From Octopus bimaculoides (taxonomy: Eukaryota): a stretch of 38,023 bases of DNA. The notes beneath the pieces were generated by a model. The model was not told the origin of the DNA, made no database searches, and was given only the letters and a program-made list of their open reading frames with translations. The stretch is taken from NCBI RefSeq assembly GCF_001194135.2, contig NC_068999.1, forward strand, positions 10,120,432 to 10,158,454, read 5' to 3'. Positions 24,247-36,715 of the stretch are shown here, piece after piece. How positions within the stretch are numbered: the stretch's first letter is position 1; every line of letters begins with the position of its first letter. A program made the translations under genes and the position numbers.

Positions 24247-24445
24247 GGTGGTTATCTGGCGGAATCGGTAGGACGCCGGGCAAGATGTTAAGCAGAATTT
24301 TGTCAGTCCTTACGCTCTACGTTCAAATAGCTACTTATTTATCGATTTTTGCCATCAATAAATAAATAGCTATTGAAGACTGGAGACGATTTAATCGACG
24401 AGGCCCCTGCCCGAATCTTGCTGGCTTTGTGCCAAAATTTGAATC
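24247..24445 (+). mobile_element. SINE family A, decayed
   Basis: ggtggttatctggcggaatcggtaggacgccgggc head, gatttaatcgac, cttgctggctttgtgccaaaatttgaa tail. Confidence 0.78.
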
Positions 24446-24642
24446 CAGTATGAGTTGACTTAGCTTCAAAATAAGAACTGAAATTGTATGCATTTGTACT
24501 TATACACAGGTATACATACATAGTTCCACATTATAATACATTACACTAAAACCAAAACTGCCAAAATTAAGTCGATTTTGCAGTGATTAACTCAAGCATT
24601 TAGCTGAAATGTGTAGGCCTTTCTTGCCTCCAGATGACCGAA

Positions 24643-24683
<41 letters not shown>

Positions 24684-24701
24684 GTATCTCTATGTGTGTA
24701 T

Positions 24702-24732
<31 letters not shown>

Positions 24733-24744
24733 CATACATATTCT

Positions 24745-25056
24745 TGTATTCATTTACTTGTTTCAGTCAGTTGACTGCGGCCATGCTGGAGAACCGCCTT
24801 TAGTCAAACAAATCGAGCCCCAGGACTTATTCTTTGTAAGCCTTAGTACTTATTCTATCGGTCTGTATTGCCGAACCGCTAACATACGAAGACGTAAACA
24901 CACGAACATTGGTTACCAACCGCTCAGAAGGATTTGGTCGGTCCGAAGCTACAGGAAAAGACACTTGCCCAAGATGCCACACAGTGGGACTGAACTCGGA
25001 ACCATATGGTTGTGAAGCAAGCTTCTTACCACATAGAAAGCTTCTTACCTGCGCCT
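24745..25056 (-). mobile_element. SINE family B with head and tail but lacking the internal microsatellite
   Basis: Tail ttacttgtttcagtca...gccatgctggag and head gacacttgcccaagatgccacacagtgggactgaactcggaacc...aagcttcttacc. Confidence 0.9.
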
Positions 25057-25176
25057 AAAAATATCACATGGCAGCGGTGAGATACGAACGCACGCCTTTG
25101 AAGACACACACACAAACATACACACACACGTGCAAACACACGGGCACACACACACACACAGATATATATATATTTA

Positions 25177-25228
<52 letters not shown>

Positions 25229-25231
<3 letters not shown>

Positions 25232-25372
25232 GAGAATATACGAAAAAACAACAACAGACGAGGACAGGTGGTGTAAATAACAAAAGGATGTATTAGTATG
25301 ACGCTCGGGAATACGGAAAGTCTTTGACGTTTCGAGCTACGCTCTTCAACAGAAAGAATACGGAGACAATGT
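25229..25372 (-). mobile_element. Short Penelope-like repeat P1, copy 3 (best preserved), between (TA)n arrays
   Basis: Homologous to 9543-9652 and 16555-16700; contains a complete hammerhead fold. Confidence 0.8.
25321..25357 (-). ncRNA. Minimal type I hammerhead ribozyme-like motif
   Basis: Reverse complement UCUUU-CUGUUGA-A-GAGC-gua-GCUC-GAAA-CG-UC-AAAGA: perfect 5-bp stem I, 4-bp stem II, palindromic ACGU helix III, GUC cleavage triplet; core has U at position 6 instead of A. Confidence 0.65.
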
Positions 25373-25375
25373 GTG

Positions 25376-25430
<55 letters not shown>

Positions 25431-25885
25431 ATATGTGTGTATATACATATACGTACATACCTACAAACATGCGTATATGTAGACATGCACAAGCCTATAA
25501 TTAGATGCTAAGTGCACGCATAGCAATATGGATGAATAAATGGCACGGATAAAAATATGGATGCCACGCCAGCACTAATCTCACGCAACAATTATGATGA
25601 GTCTGAGGGGGAGGGGTGCAATGGGGAGAAGTGAGAGATCTCCATCTGCGAGTGAGTGAGCAATTAAAAGATCTATATGCTCAGACGCATATATTGTAAG
25701 CAAGCCGTCACATATATGAGAATTTAGATTGAACAAGGAAGAACAGCTGTATGATTCGATCTGCTCGTATATGCTAAAAGTACTTCATTTTATCTGAGTG
25801 CGGCTGAACCATGGAATATTTTAACCACATGTGTGTGTGTGTGTGTTGAGTGTGTGTGTCCAAGAAGGATTGAATATATATATAC

Positions 25886-25917
<32 letters not shown>

Positions 25918-27308
25918 NNNNNNNNNNNNNNNNNNNNNNNNNNNNNNNNNNNNNNNNNNNNNNNNNNNNNNNNNNNNNNNNNNNNNNNNNNNNNNNNNNN
26001 NNNNNNNNNNNNNNNNNNNNNNNNNNNNNNNNNNNNNNNNNNNNNNNNNNNNNNNNNNNNNNNNNNNNNNNNNNNNNNNNNNNNNNNNNNNNNNNNNNNN
26101 NNNNNNNNNNNNNNNNNNNNNNNNNNNNNNNNNNNNNNNNNNNNNNNNNNNNNNNNNNNNNNNNNNNNNNNNNNNNNNNNNNNNNNNNNNNNNNNNNNNN
26201 NNNNNNNNNNNNNNNNNNNNNNNNNNNNNNNNNNNNNNNNNNNNNNNNNNNNNNNNNNNNNNNNNNNNNNNNNNNNNNNNNNNNNNNNNNNNNNNNNNNN
26301 NNNNNNNNNNNNNNNNNNNNNNNNNNNNNNNNNNNNNNNNNNNNNNNNNNNNNNNNNNNNNNNNNNNNNNNNNNNNNNNNNNNNNNNNNNNNNNNNNNNN
26401 NNNNNNNNNNNNNNNNNNNNNNNNNNNNNNNNNNNNNNNNNNNNNNNNNNNNNNNNNNNNNNNNNNNNNNNNNNNNNNNNNNNNNNNNNNNNNNNNNNNN
26501 NNNNNNNNNNNNNNNNNNNNTATATATATATATATATATTTATACGCATTCTCACACATACATACAATCGATATCAACAACTCAGTGGGTGGTTTATATG
26601 TAGCTGCTTCAGTTATTTCGATTTATTGATTAAAGTTATATATATATATTTGCATGTTTTGCTTTTGCTATATTTTATTTCTTCACACCGTATCGATCGT
26701 TTCTCAACTGGATGACATACGTATCAATAGAACACTCCAGGAAACTTCAAAATAACATCTACTTAAATATATTGTACTCGTTGATTTATTTTTCCACTTT
26801 GATTTTTACATTTAACTTATGTTTCCGTTGCTCCTATAACAATAAGAATGCTTATTATATATATTATATATACACAATTTACGATTTTGGATATGTATGC
26901 ATGTACGCATGTGTGTGTGTGTGTGTGTGCGTATGTGCGTATGTGTGTATATGTATGTGTGCTTGTCTGTGTATACTTCTGCGTGTGTTTGTGAGTACGT
27001 ATAAATATATTCATACCTATATATGCATACATAGACATGTATATACCTATATATGTGTGTGCGTGTGTGAGAGAGAGGGGGGAAGAAGAATAGACATATA
27101 GATAGCTAGACAGACAGACAAATAGACAGACAGGCAGACTGACAGATAATAGTAGAGGCAAATCAAGTGACACCTAAAGAATCATACTAGCCCGTATCAT
27201 CAAATAAGAAACAAAAACAACAAAACAAAACCCAAATAAACACGCAAACAAATAAAATAAATAAAATAAATAAATGAATATCGATTTTTCGGCGGAGTCT
27301 CCTCTTAC

Positions 27309-27373
27309 TTAGATGGAGCAAAGTGCTGTTGTGTTGTGCTGTTTGTTCCAGAACTTGCTCTCGACCATGAACG
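27309..27373 (-). CDS. Candidate 65-nt internal exon (VHGREQVLEQTAQHNSTLLHL)
   Basis: Acceptor tgtctttttgatcctgcag, donor taa|gtaaga; GC-rich first and AT-rich third codon positions; in phase with 28833-28901. Confidence 0.35.
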
Positions 27374-27479
27374 CTGCAGGATCAAAAAGACATACAATTT
27401 AGAGCAAAAATAGCTAGTTAGCCAGTTTCATCGATCAATAGCGGAACGGGCAGGCAACGAAAGCTGTGCTTAGTATAAC

Positions 27480-27514
<35 letters not shown>

Positions 27515-27524
27515 NNNNNNNNNN

Positions 27525-27560
<36 letters not shown>

Positions 27561-28640
27561 GGATACATACATACTTACACACATATAGACATACAGGGGA
27601 GCTTGCACACGTGATGGAGATTAAAGTTTAATATATCTTAATACATGTGTTTATACATGTAAGTGTGTGAGTGTGTGCGTATGTTTATGTATGCACACAC
27701 ACACACACACACACAGACTCACGCGCGCGCGCACACATACGCACATTCATATACACTGCACGTTAATATGTACATTAATATACATATAAATGAAAGTCCG
27801 ATAGAGAAAGAGGTAAGTGTTAATGGACGAGATAGACTAGCGTAAAAAGGAAGAGATTTAAGCAAAAATACGTAAATTTGCGAAATATTTATAAGAATCT
27901 GTAGCATGTGTATATCTGGTTTGTCTGCATGTATACACACATACACACACATACACTCGCACACACACACACGTACATACATGTGTATGTGTTTACGTTG
28001 TCCACTTGAAGCAAGCGTTTTCGAGTTTTGTCAAACTGCGCGGCAATTTGGTAATTTTTGCTGAACCATAGCCTGGGGGGCCAACTGACAAGTTGTGAGT
28101 GTACTACATTGTGACAGAAGTTCCTACGAACATTTTGCAACCATATATGTAGGCCAACATAGTCTGTGAGGTTTTGATATGGGAGTATCTGCATCAATCA
28201 ATATTATTAGTAGAAAAAAAAAAAGGAAGAGGAAAAGATAGAATTTACGAATATAGACCACTGTGTTTAGTGACTACCTACTACATTCATATATGTGTAA
28301 TATTACATACACACACGCATACACACAAACACACACAGAATATATATGTAAATATATATATGTATGTATGTATGTTTGCATGTATGTATGAATGAATAAA
28401 TGTATTCATGTGTGTATGTATGTATGTATGTATGTATATATANNNNNNNNNNNNNNNNNNNNNNNNNNNNNNNNNNNNNNNNNNNNNNNNNNNNNNNNNN
28501 NNNNNNNNNNNNNNNNNNNNNNNNNNNNNNNNNNNNNNNNNNNNNNNNNNNNNNNNNNNNNNNNNNNNNNNNNNNNNNNNNNNNNNNNNNNNNNNNNNNN
28601 NNNNNNNNNNNNNNNNNNNNNNNNNNNNNNNNNNNNNNNN

Positions 28641-28693
<53 letters not shown>

Positions 28694-28832
28694 CATATAT
28701 GTGTGTGTGTGTCGGGTCACTCTCGAGTATTATTTGCAATATGTACCCATGGTCGGGTCGTTGGGTGCTCTTGGTAATATGTTTCCTATGTTCGAGTCAT
28801 CGACGATTAAACTGGCACGCCACCAAACTTAC

Positions 28833-28901
28833 ATATTGAGGTGTGTGATTTGCCATCCAGCAGGACGAAAAACGGAGCCAATTAAAGGAGACGGAGGAAC
28901 T
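28833..28901 (-). CDS. Candidate 69-nt internal exon (VPPSPLIGSVFRPAGWQITHLN)
   Basis: Strong donor tat|gtaagt, weaker acceptor gactcttaag; open frame joins 27309-27373. Confidence 0.3.
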
Positions 28902-29248
28902 CTTAAGAGTCAATGGTCATCGGATAATATATATACAGTTATGTTAAGCTCAACGAAGAAAAATTACCGACACGGGTCGCGGTGAAGTCATAAGGAATAG
29001 CATGGCTTACTGATTCTTCTTTCGGAGTATGTTCTTTGTTCTGTGAAACTATACGACATAGTTTGGGTGAAAGGCCCTCTTCAGCCAGCGGTCAATCTAG
29101 AGTCAACCGATATAGTTTGCGGATTACTGCCAGTTGATACAACTGGAGATTCATCACCTCACTTTATTTATTTGAAAACGCTATGAATTTCTGAGCCTCA
29201 TAGTGTCACCAATTAAACTACAACTACTACTAGAAGTAGTGCATGTAT

Positions 29249-29359
<111 letters not shown>

Positions 29360-29889
29360 TATCTATATATATATACTTGCATCAAAGTAGGACAACCACT
29401 GTGCCGATGACGGTTTTTGATGCAGAAACACGTGACTTCGATTCTCCTTTCTTGTCAAGTAAAAGTCGGATACGAACAGTGTTTCCCTGAAGGCATGTCA
29501 CTTCCAGAAGAATCTTGATTCTTGAGATCATCATCCCTGCTAAATCGGAGTCGGTTGCAATTGCCACCAGGCGAGTGTCTATTTTCACTCGAAGCAAAGG
29601 CATTTTCTATAAATCAAAGATTTATTTTGTTTCGTGTTTAGTGTAGCTTTATTTAGTTGTCCAAATTCCTGCCACCGGCTATTCTAAGCTATTTCTGTTA
29701 ACCTATAAATACATTGACACAACACACACGATTGTGCATTAATTTTCTATGAGAGTGTGTGTATGTGGATATATATATGTAGTTTTAAATATACGAATGT
29801 AAAAATACATTAACATTCAAACGCATATACGTTTAATGTATATTTATATACATGCAAAGATATGTAACATACATGTATTTATATGTATA

Positions 29890-30022
29890 CTCTTTTACTC
29901 TTTTACTTGTTTCAGTCATTTGACTGCCGCCATACTGGAGCACCGCCTTTAGTCGAGCAAACCGACCCCCAGGACCTATTCTTCGTAAGCCTAGTACTTA
30001 TTCTATCGGGTTTTTTTTGCCC
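29890..30022 (-). mobile_element. SINE family B 3' tail
   Basis: cttttactcttttacttgtttcagtcatttgactg...ctggagcaccgcctttagtcgagcaaa...gtacttattctatcgg. Confidence 0.9.
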
Positions 30023-31681
30023 AACTTTGAAATTTATAGCGATAATGACGAAACACATGTTGAACATTTTCAATAAAGCTTTCATGTAAAATTTACAAAT
30101 TTAGTTGTTTTGGTATCATGATTATGTAATAAACATAAAATTCTGTTAGTTTTCTTTTAATTTGCCCAATTTCATTGGTACAGAAAGTTAGCTTTGGGAC
30201 ACCCTCGTATATACATCGAAAGTAAGGAACTGCTTTTCTAACAGATATGTTATATTATAAACAAAAGTATCTTTCTATCTTAGCATTTGTATTAGTTCTC
30301 TTTTCATACCTTCGTATATGATCATTGCCGTGTTTTCGAATCATTAAAGTTTCTAAATACCTTTTTATCAAGTTTTATCAGACATCCTCTAACTCAATAC
30401 CGGAACATGGAGTAGCGTTTCATTCTGTACTGTCTATTTTTCGGTGGTAACTTTTGTGCTGCAGATTTCACTGCTTGAAATTGGTCGTCTGATTACTAAT
30501 CTATCAGATACGTATTTTTTGGCTGTTAGACTCATGACGTCTCTGTCTTGCACTTATACTGTTTGTGATCTGTATATGTTAAGTGTGGGCTTATTTTATC
30601 TTATCTTCGACATGAGTACTGCTTCTGCAACTAAATGCGAATTGTTATAAAAAATTCTATATGATATGAATTAATTATTTATCAATATTAATTCATCAAT
30701 GTTATTTTATTTATCTATTATATTTTAATATCTTATTTATAATATTTTACCTGCCAATATTTGTCTATGCAGCTTTCGTTTATTGTGCTGCAGTGTGCTG
30801 AAATTGTTTTTGCAGTAAGTGCATAGCGAGCATACGAGACAGAGTTGTGTTATTCTGGCCAATGTATCATTTACAATCATGGATGTTTACAACATACACC
30901 TTTACTTTTAAATTCATAGAATGCAACATAATATATATTTAGCAGCAAAAGCGAAGCAAAACGCCGTTGTAATAGAGATGCGAAATATAGTTGGAGTAAA
31001 GGAGCAGAAATGCAGAACTGAAGTCCAATATATTAGCGATAGACATCAGACTTGTTCATGACAAAATCTATGTTCCCCTTCTCTGTTTGTTAGTAATGTT
31101 TTTCCATGTGCATCTTAAATGCATTGTATGTACTGTACCGTTGTTTCCAACATGCCGTCAGGAACAATCTAAGTAAATAAAATAATCTGGTCCATTGATT
31201 GTAGCTCCGCTCACTGTATTTTATTATTAGAGTTAACGCTCGCAAACGCCTTACATATGCGTCAATATATATGCAAATGTATATATGCATGAACGCTTTG
31301 TTATATGCATATCCATAGATGTATGGAGGTGTATGGGTATGTTATATTGTACACTCAGACACACACAAGCTTTCTCTCTCTCTTTCTTTCATCCCCTCTC
31401 TCTCCCTCATACACATACACATACACACAGTAACATAAATATACGTATATATGTACAAAGGATTTTTGCGTTCATGGATGCAACTATGCAAGCTCGTGCA
31501 TAAAAAAGAACACATGTTTACGCACTCACTACAACACAAGAAACACTGCTAACCTAATGGAAAACGTACTGTGCGAGAGAATGATAAATGGGAGTAGATA
31601 TAAGACTCGCTCACACATACATGTTTAGGTATGAATATGTATAAGCATACATACACATATATACATATATGTCTGTGAATG

Positions 31682-31735
<54 letters not shown>

Positions 31736-32374
31736 NNNNNNNNNNNNNNNNNNNNNNNNNNNNNNNNNNNNNNNNNNNNNNNNNNNNNNNNNNNNNNNNN
31801 NNNNNNNNNNNNNNNNNNNNNNNNNNNNNNNNNNNNNNNNNNNNNNNNNNNNNNNNNNNNNNNNNNNNNNNNNNNNNNNNNNNNNNNNNNNNNNNNNNNN
31901 NNNNNNNNNNNNNNNNNNNNNNNNNNNNNNNNNNNNNNNNNNNNNNNNNNNNNNNNNNNNNNNNNNNNNNNNNNNNNNNNNNNNNNNNNNNNNNNNNNNN
32001 NNNNNNNNNNNNNNNNNNNNNNNNNNNNNNNNNNNNNNNNNNNNNNNNNNNNNNNNNNNNNNNNNNNNNNNNNNNNNNNNNNNNNNNNNNNNNNNNNNNN
32101 NNNNNNNNNNNNNNNNNNNNNNNNNNNNNNNNNNNNNNNNNNNNNNNNNNNNNNNNNNNNNNNNNNNNNNNNNNNNNNNNNNNNNNNNNNNNNNNNNNNN
32201 NNNNNNNNNNNNNNNNNNNNNNNNNNNNNNNNNNNNNNNNNNNNNNNNNNNNNNNNNNNNNNNNNNNNNNNNNNNNNNNNNNNNNNNNNNNNNNNNNNNN
32301 NNNNNNNNNNNNNNNNNNNNNNNNNNNNNNNNNNNNNNNNNNNNNNNNNNNNNNNNNNNNNNNNNNNNNNNNNN

Positions 32375-32422
<48 letters not shown>

Positions 32423-32925
32423 AAGGGGTAGAAATGTGTGGAAGGAGAAAGAGGATGGAAGGAAAGAAAACAAATAACGAAATAAGGATGAGAGAAGAAA
32501 TGAGAGTTGGAAAGGCGGGTAATAGAACAAGGAAAGAAAGGGTGAAAGAAAGAAAGAACGATAACAGAGTAAGAAGAAAATGATGGAAGAAAGAAATAAT
32601 AAATGAATAAGGATAACTGAAAAAAATAAGCAATAGGAAAAATAAATAAACGGAAGGAATTAATCGTGATGTTCGAAAAGGAAAATGAACGAAAGTGTGA
32701 ATGAAAGTGAAGTCGAGAAGGAAAAGGGAAAAGAAAGCAAAAGTAAAAGTATTATGGGAATATAGAAGGGTGAATGATTGAATGAAGAAAATGAAAGAAA
32801 GAAAGGAAGTACCGGATAGTAAGGGAGGGGGTGAGTAATAAGGAAGGAATGAAATGGTGTGAGAAAGAGAACCGAAATCTGAAGGAAACGAAGAAGTGAC
32901 GTATGAAATTGAGCAGCGAATCTAA
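32375..32925. repeat. (GA)n and purine-rich low-complexity tract
   Basis: Direct inspection. Confidence 0.8.
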
Positions 32926-33730
32926 GTATATATATATATATNNNNNNNNNNNNNNNNNNNNNNNNNNNNNNNNNNNNNNNNNNNNNNNNNNNNNNNNNNN
33001 NNNNNNTATATGTATATATATATATGTATATATATACATACATACATACCTACATACATACAGAGGGGGGGAGAAATAGAGAAAGTGAGAGGACATCTGC
33101 ATGTGTGTGTTTGTGCGCGTGTATGTGAGTTTTCAGTGTGTGTTTTCATAAGGGTCTGTTTGTGGACTGGAGTGGAAGAGGGGATGGCAGAATTGAAGGG
33201 TGAATGTAACAGATAAACAAAACAGAAAAATTGATGCAAAAGAAATAAAAAAAAAAAGCAAATGCAAATATATGTAATCTACGTCTAAATATTAAAGAAA
33301 ATACAATATATATATATATATATATGCCAACAAGTGAACGGAATAAGAAGAACGGAGTATGTGACAAAGAGGGGAGATAGAGAGAGCAAAAGAGAGAAAT
33401 AAAAGAGGAGGAGGAGAGGGAGGAGTGAGATATAAATCAAGACAGAGCCTGTAGGTGATGGGGAGGAGAGAATTGTGGTGTGGAGGAAGGAAGTTGTTCT
33501 TTTCTATACATATAACATCGTCAGTATGGTATATGTAGCTCTGTGTTAGCATGCATCTATGAAGATGTTTCAAATGATAATATATATGGCAATATATATA
33601 CCATGCATAGTTGGGTATATATGCAGATAACAAAATGGATGTGCAGAATTTCTCCCAAAGTCACATGCAGGCGCGGAAAAATCATTCAGACATGTTGGGT
33701 AGTAGATGAAAATTTTAAAAATACATATCA

Positions 33731-34112
33731 TTCGCTGATGATTGTTGATTAACACGAAACCGGTGGGTTCCTAGCGTTCGTAATATTTTTTCTATCGTCT
33801 TGGCTCAACATCCCTCACAGTTTGTTTTTACTGTCTTGTTCTCAATATCCTGTTCTTGTTGCCACTTTCACCTTCCGCAAAAAATCCCCAATTTTATTTA
33901 ATTTGCTTTGCGGGAAGGACTGTTTCAACGAAGTCGCGTATTGTCCTTGCCTTCGAAACGCGGAGTAGATGAAACAGGGGCAACTGACGAAGGGGAATAT
34001 CTTTATGTTGCATGTCTCGTTTCTCTGGGGGTTTTTTCGGTGTTCAAAAAATGTTCGTTTTCTATGTTTTCGTTTCTCATTGTGTCTAACGTTTCTTTTT
34101 TATGTCCTGTAC
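33731..34112 (+). mobile_element. Putative Penelope-like terminal repeat P2 with hammerhead remnants, ending at a (TA)-rich array
   Basis: CTGATGA-ttgtt-gatt-aacac-GAAACCGGT at 33735-33764; further half-motifs cttcGAAACG (~33952) and CTGACGAaggg (~33985); T-rich 3' part. Element boundaries are inferred. Confidence 0.5.
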
Positions 34113-34199
34113 CTATATATGCATGTATATATACATATAGATGTAGGTATGTACATATATGTATATATGCATATATTTATATACTATTTATATTATATC

Positions 34200-34244
<45 letters not shown>

Positions 34245-35489
34245 NNNNNNNNNNNNNNNNNNNNNNNNNNNNNNNNNNNNNNNNNNNNNNNNNNNNNNNN
34301 NNNNNNNNNNNNNNNNNNNNNNNNNNNNNNNNNNNNNNNNNNNNNNNNNNNNNNNNNNNNNNNNNNNNNNNNNNNNNNNNNNNNNNNNNNNNNNNNNNNN
34401 NNNNNNNNNNNNNNNNNNNNNNNNNNNNNNNNNNNNNNNNNNNNNNNNNNNNNNNNNNNNNNNNNNNNNNNNNNNNNNNNNNNNNNNNNNNNNNNNNNNN
34501 NNNNNNNNNNNNNNNNNNNNNNNNNNNNNNNNNNNNNNNNNNNNNNNNNNNNNNNNNNNNNNNNNNNNNNNNNNNNNNNNNNNNNNNNNNNNNNNNNNNN
34601 NNNNNNNNNNNNNNNNNNNNNNNNNNNNNNNNNNNNNNNNNNNNNNNNNNNNNNNNNNNNNNNNNNNNNNNNNNNNNNNNNNNNNNNNNNNNNNNNNNNN
34701 NNNNNNNNNNNNNNNNNNNNNNNNNNNNNNNNNNNNNNNNNNNNNNNNNNNNNNNNNNNNNNNNNNNNNNNNNNNNNNNNNNNNNNNNNNNNNNNNNNNN
34801 NNNNNNNNNNNNNNNNNNNNNNNNNNNNNNNNNNNNNNNNNNNNNNNNNNNNNNNNNNNNNNNNNNNNNNNNNNNNNNNNNNNNNNNNNNNNNNNNNNNN
34901 NNNNNNNNNNNNNNNNNNNNNNNNNNNNNNNNNNNNNNNNNNNNNNNNNNNNNNNNNNNNNNNNNNNNNNNNNNNNNNNNNNNNNNNNNNNNNNNNNNNN
35001 NNNTATATATATATATAAATATATTTTATATGTAATTTTCGACTTGAGTCAAATATAAGAAACACACACTCACATATTTGTGAGTGCAATACCAAGTTCT
35101 ACTAGAAGTAAAAACAAATACTTAAAATCAAAGGGTATCACCATTCCGAGGAGTAATTCCGAAAGTACTTGAAATTATTTTTGTTTACAATTTTCAGTTT
35201 TGTTTTTTTTTTTTCTTCACTTAATTTCTACAAACAGCATTAGAAAAATAATGACTGTGCAAGAATTTCATTTTGTCTTGCGTTAATTTCCTAACATCCG
35301 AAATTACGATTTTACTTATCATGAAAATCAATTTTAAAAAAATAAAGGAATATTTCGGTTGTTAAATGAGTGAAAAGCGAATAATCTATTGTCTTTACTG
35401 GAGTAAGGCGGTAGTGCTGTTACTGTTTACTTCTTCTTTGATATCCTGGCTTCGATTTCTTTCACCAAAACTAAGTAACAACACTTAAA

Positions 35490-35575
35490 ATAAATGCATG
35501 AACAGGCTTGCTACGAAATTGAACCTGAAAAGTAGAAACTGAAAGCTCAATGCTTAATCCACTCAACCGTTTCGA
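35490..35575 (-). mobile_element. Degenerate tRNA-like SINE head
   Basis: Reverse complement ggttgagtggattaagcattgagc...aggttcaatttc resembles A/B boxes. Confidence 0.4.
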
Positions 35576-36129
35576 TTCTAACTAATTAGAAAAGTTTGAG
35601 GTGAAATAGAATTTATTCTAGTAAATGGACGAACATTTTATGATGTAAGATATTCTGATTAGTTTAACAATTACTTTGAAATGATCTGATTAACAGACTG
35701 TGAAAGCGTCAATGAAATGAAAGTTTGAATATAATCACTAAAATTGGCGGGGGAGAGTAAGAGTACGATTGGGTGGTGGAGTGCAGGCGTTGCTTGGAGG
35801 TTATACCGTAATAAAAATCAATACAGCAGAGCGAAATTGGTCGAGAATTCCGATAGAATTCAAAGATTTCTACCATTTGAACCCTACACTCTGATGTTTT
35901 ACCGAAAATAAGAAGAAATAATTTAAAAGTTTACATCATCAGTAATCTTGTTTTTCATTGTCAATTCTTTTGGCGCAATATGAGCGATCTTGGTTCATAA
36001 TCACTTACACAGAGGTTCGTAGATACAAACTACGGTGGGTCACAAGCAGTTATTTGGGAAGTAGATTTACAGAACTGTTAGAATTAGAAGGATGATACGA
36101 AAAATTCCTGAAGCGTGCTATATTTCTAT

Positions 36130-36305
36130 AGTCGCCAGCATGTCTTTATGGCGTAACACAGGTTTGACAACAACGTAGTTTTGGGTTCGATCCCACTGCG
36201 CAGCAACTTTGTCGAGGATGTTCCACAAAAGCTCCGGGACGATCAATAATTCGTGAGTGAATGTACTAGCTGGAAACTCGTATAAGCCCGTTGTATACAT
36301 ATATG

Positions 36306-36399
<94 letters not shown>

Positions 36400-36715
36400 T
36401 ATAATCTTGTTTCACTCATCAATCTGCGGCCATTCAGGGGCATCACCTGATATGTGTGTGTGTGTGTGTGCGTGTGCGTGCGTGTACGTTTGTGCGCATG
36501 CACTTGTAAATCCGTTTGCCCCACTGACGTCTCGTAACTATCGGTTTCATTTAGTTTACGCCGCAGTAACTTAGCCGTTCGACAAAAGTGACTGATAGGA
36601 TAAGTACCAGACTTTTAAAAGAAAAAAAAAATTGTAGTATATTTATTTGACTAAACGCATCAAGGAGTAGCCCGGGCTGACTGCAGTCCAATGACTGAAG
36701 TGAAAGCGAAAATGA
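36130..36715 (+). mobile_element. Decayed SINE family B with expanded internal (CA)/(TA)/(GT) arrays and an opposite-strand tail fragment at 36405-36450
   Basis: gggttcgatcccactgcgcagc head; gtaacttagccgttcgacaaaagtgactgataggataagtacc...ctgcagtccaatgactgaa tail. Confidence 0.7.

Noticed and set aside
36009-36074. Minus segment with good acceptor and gtaagt donor
   Set aside because: Stops in all three frames; at most a UTR or non-coding exon, which cannot be supported from sequence alone
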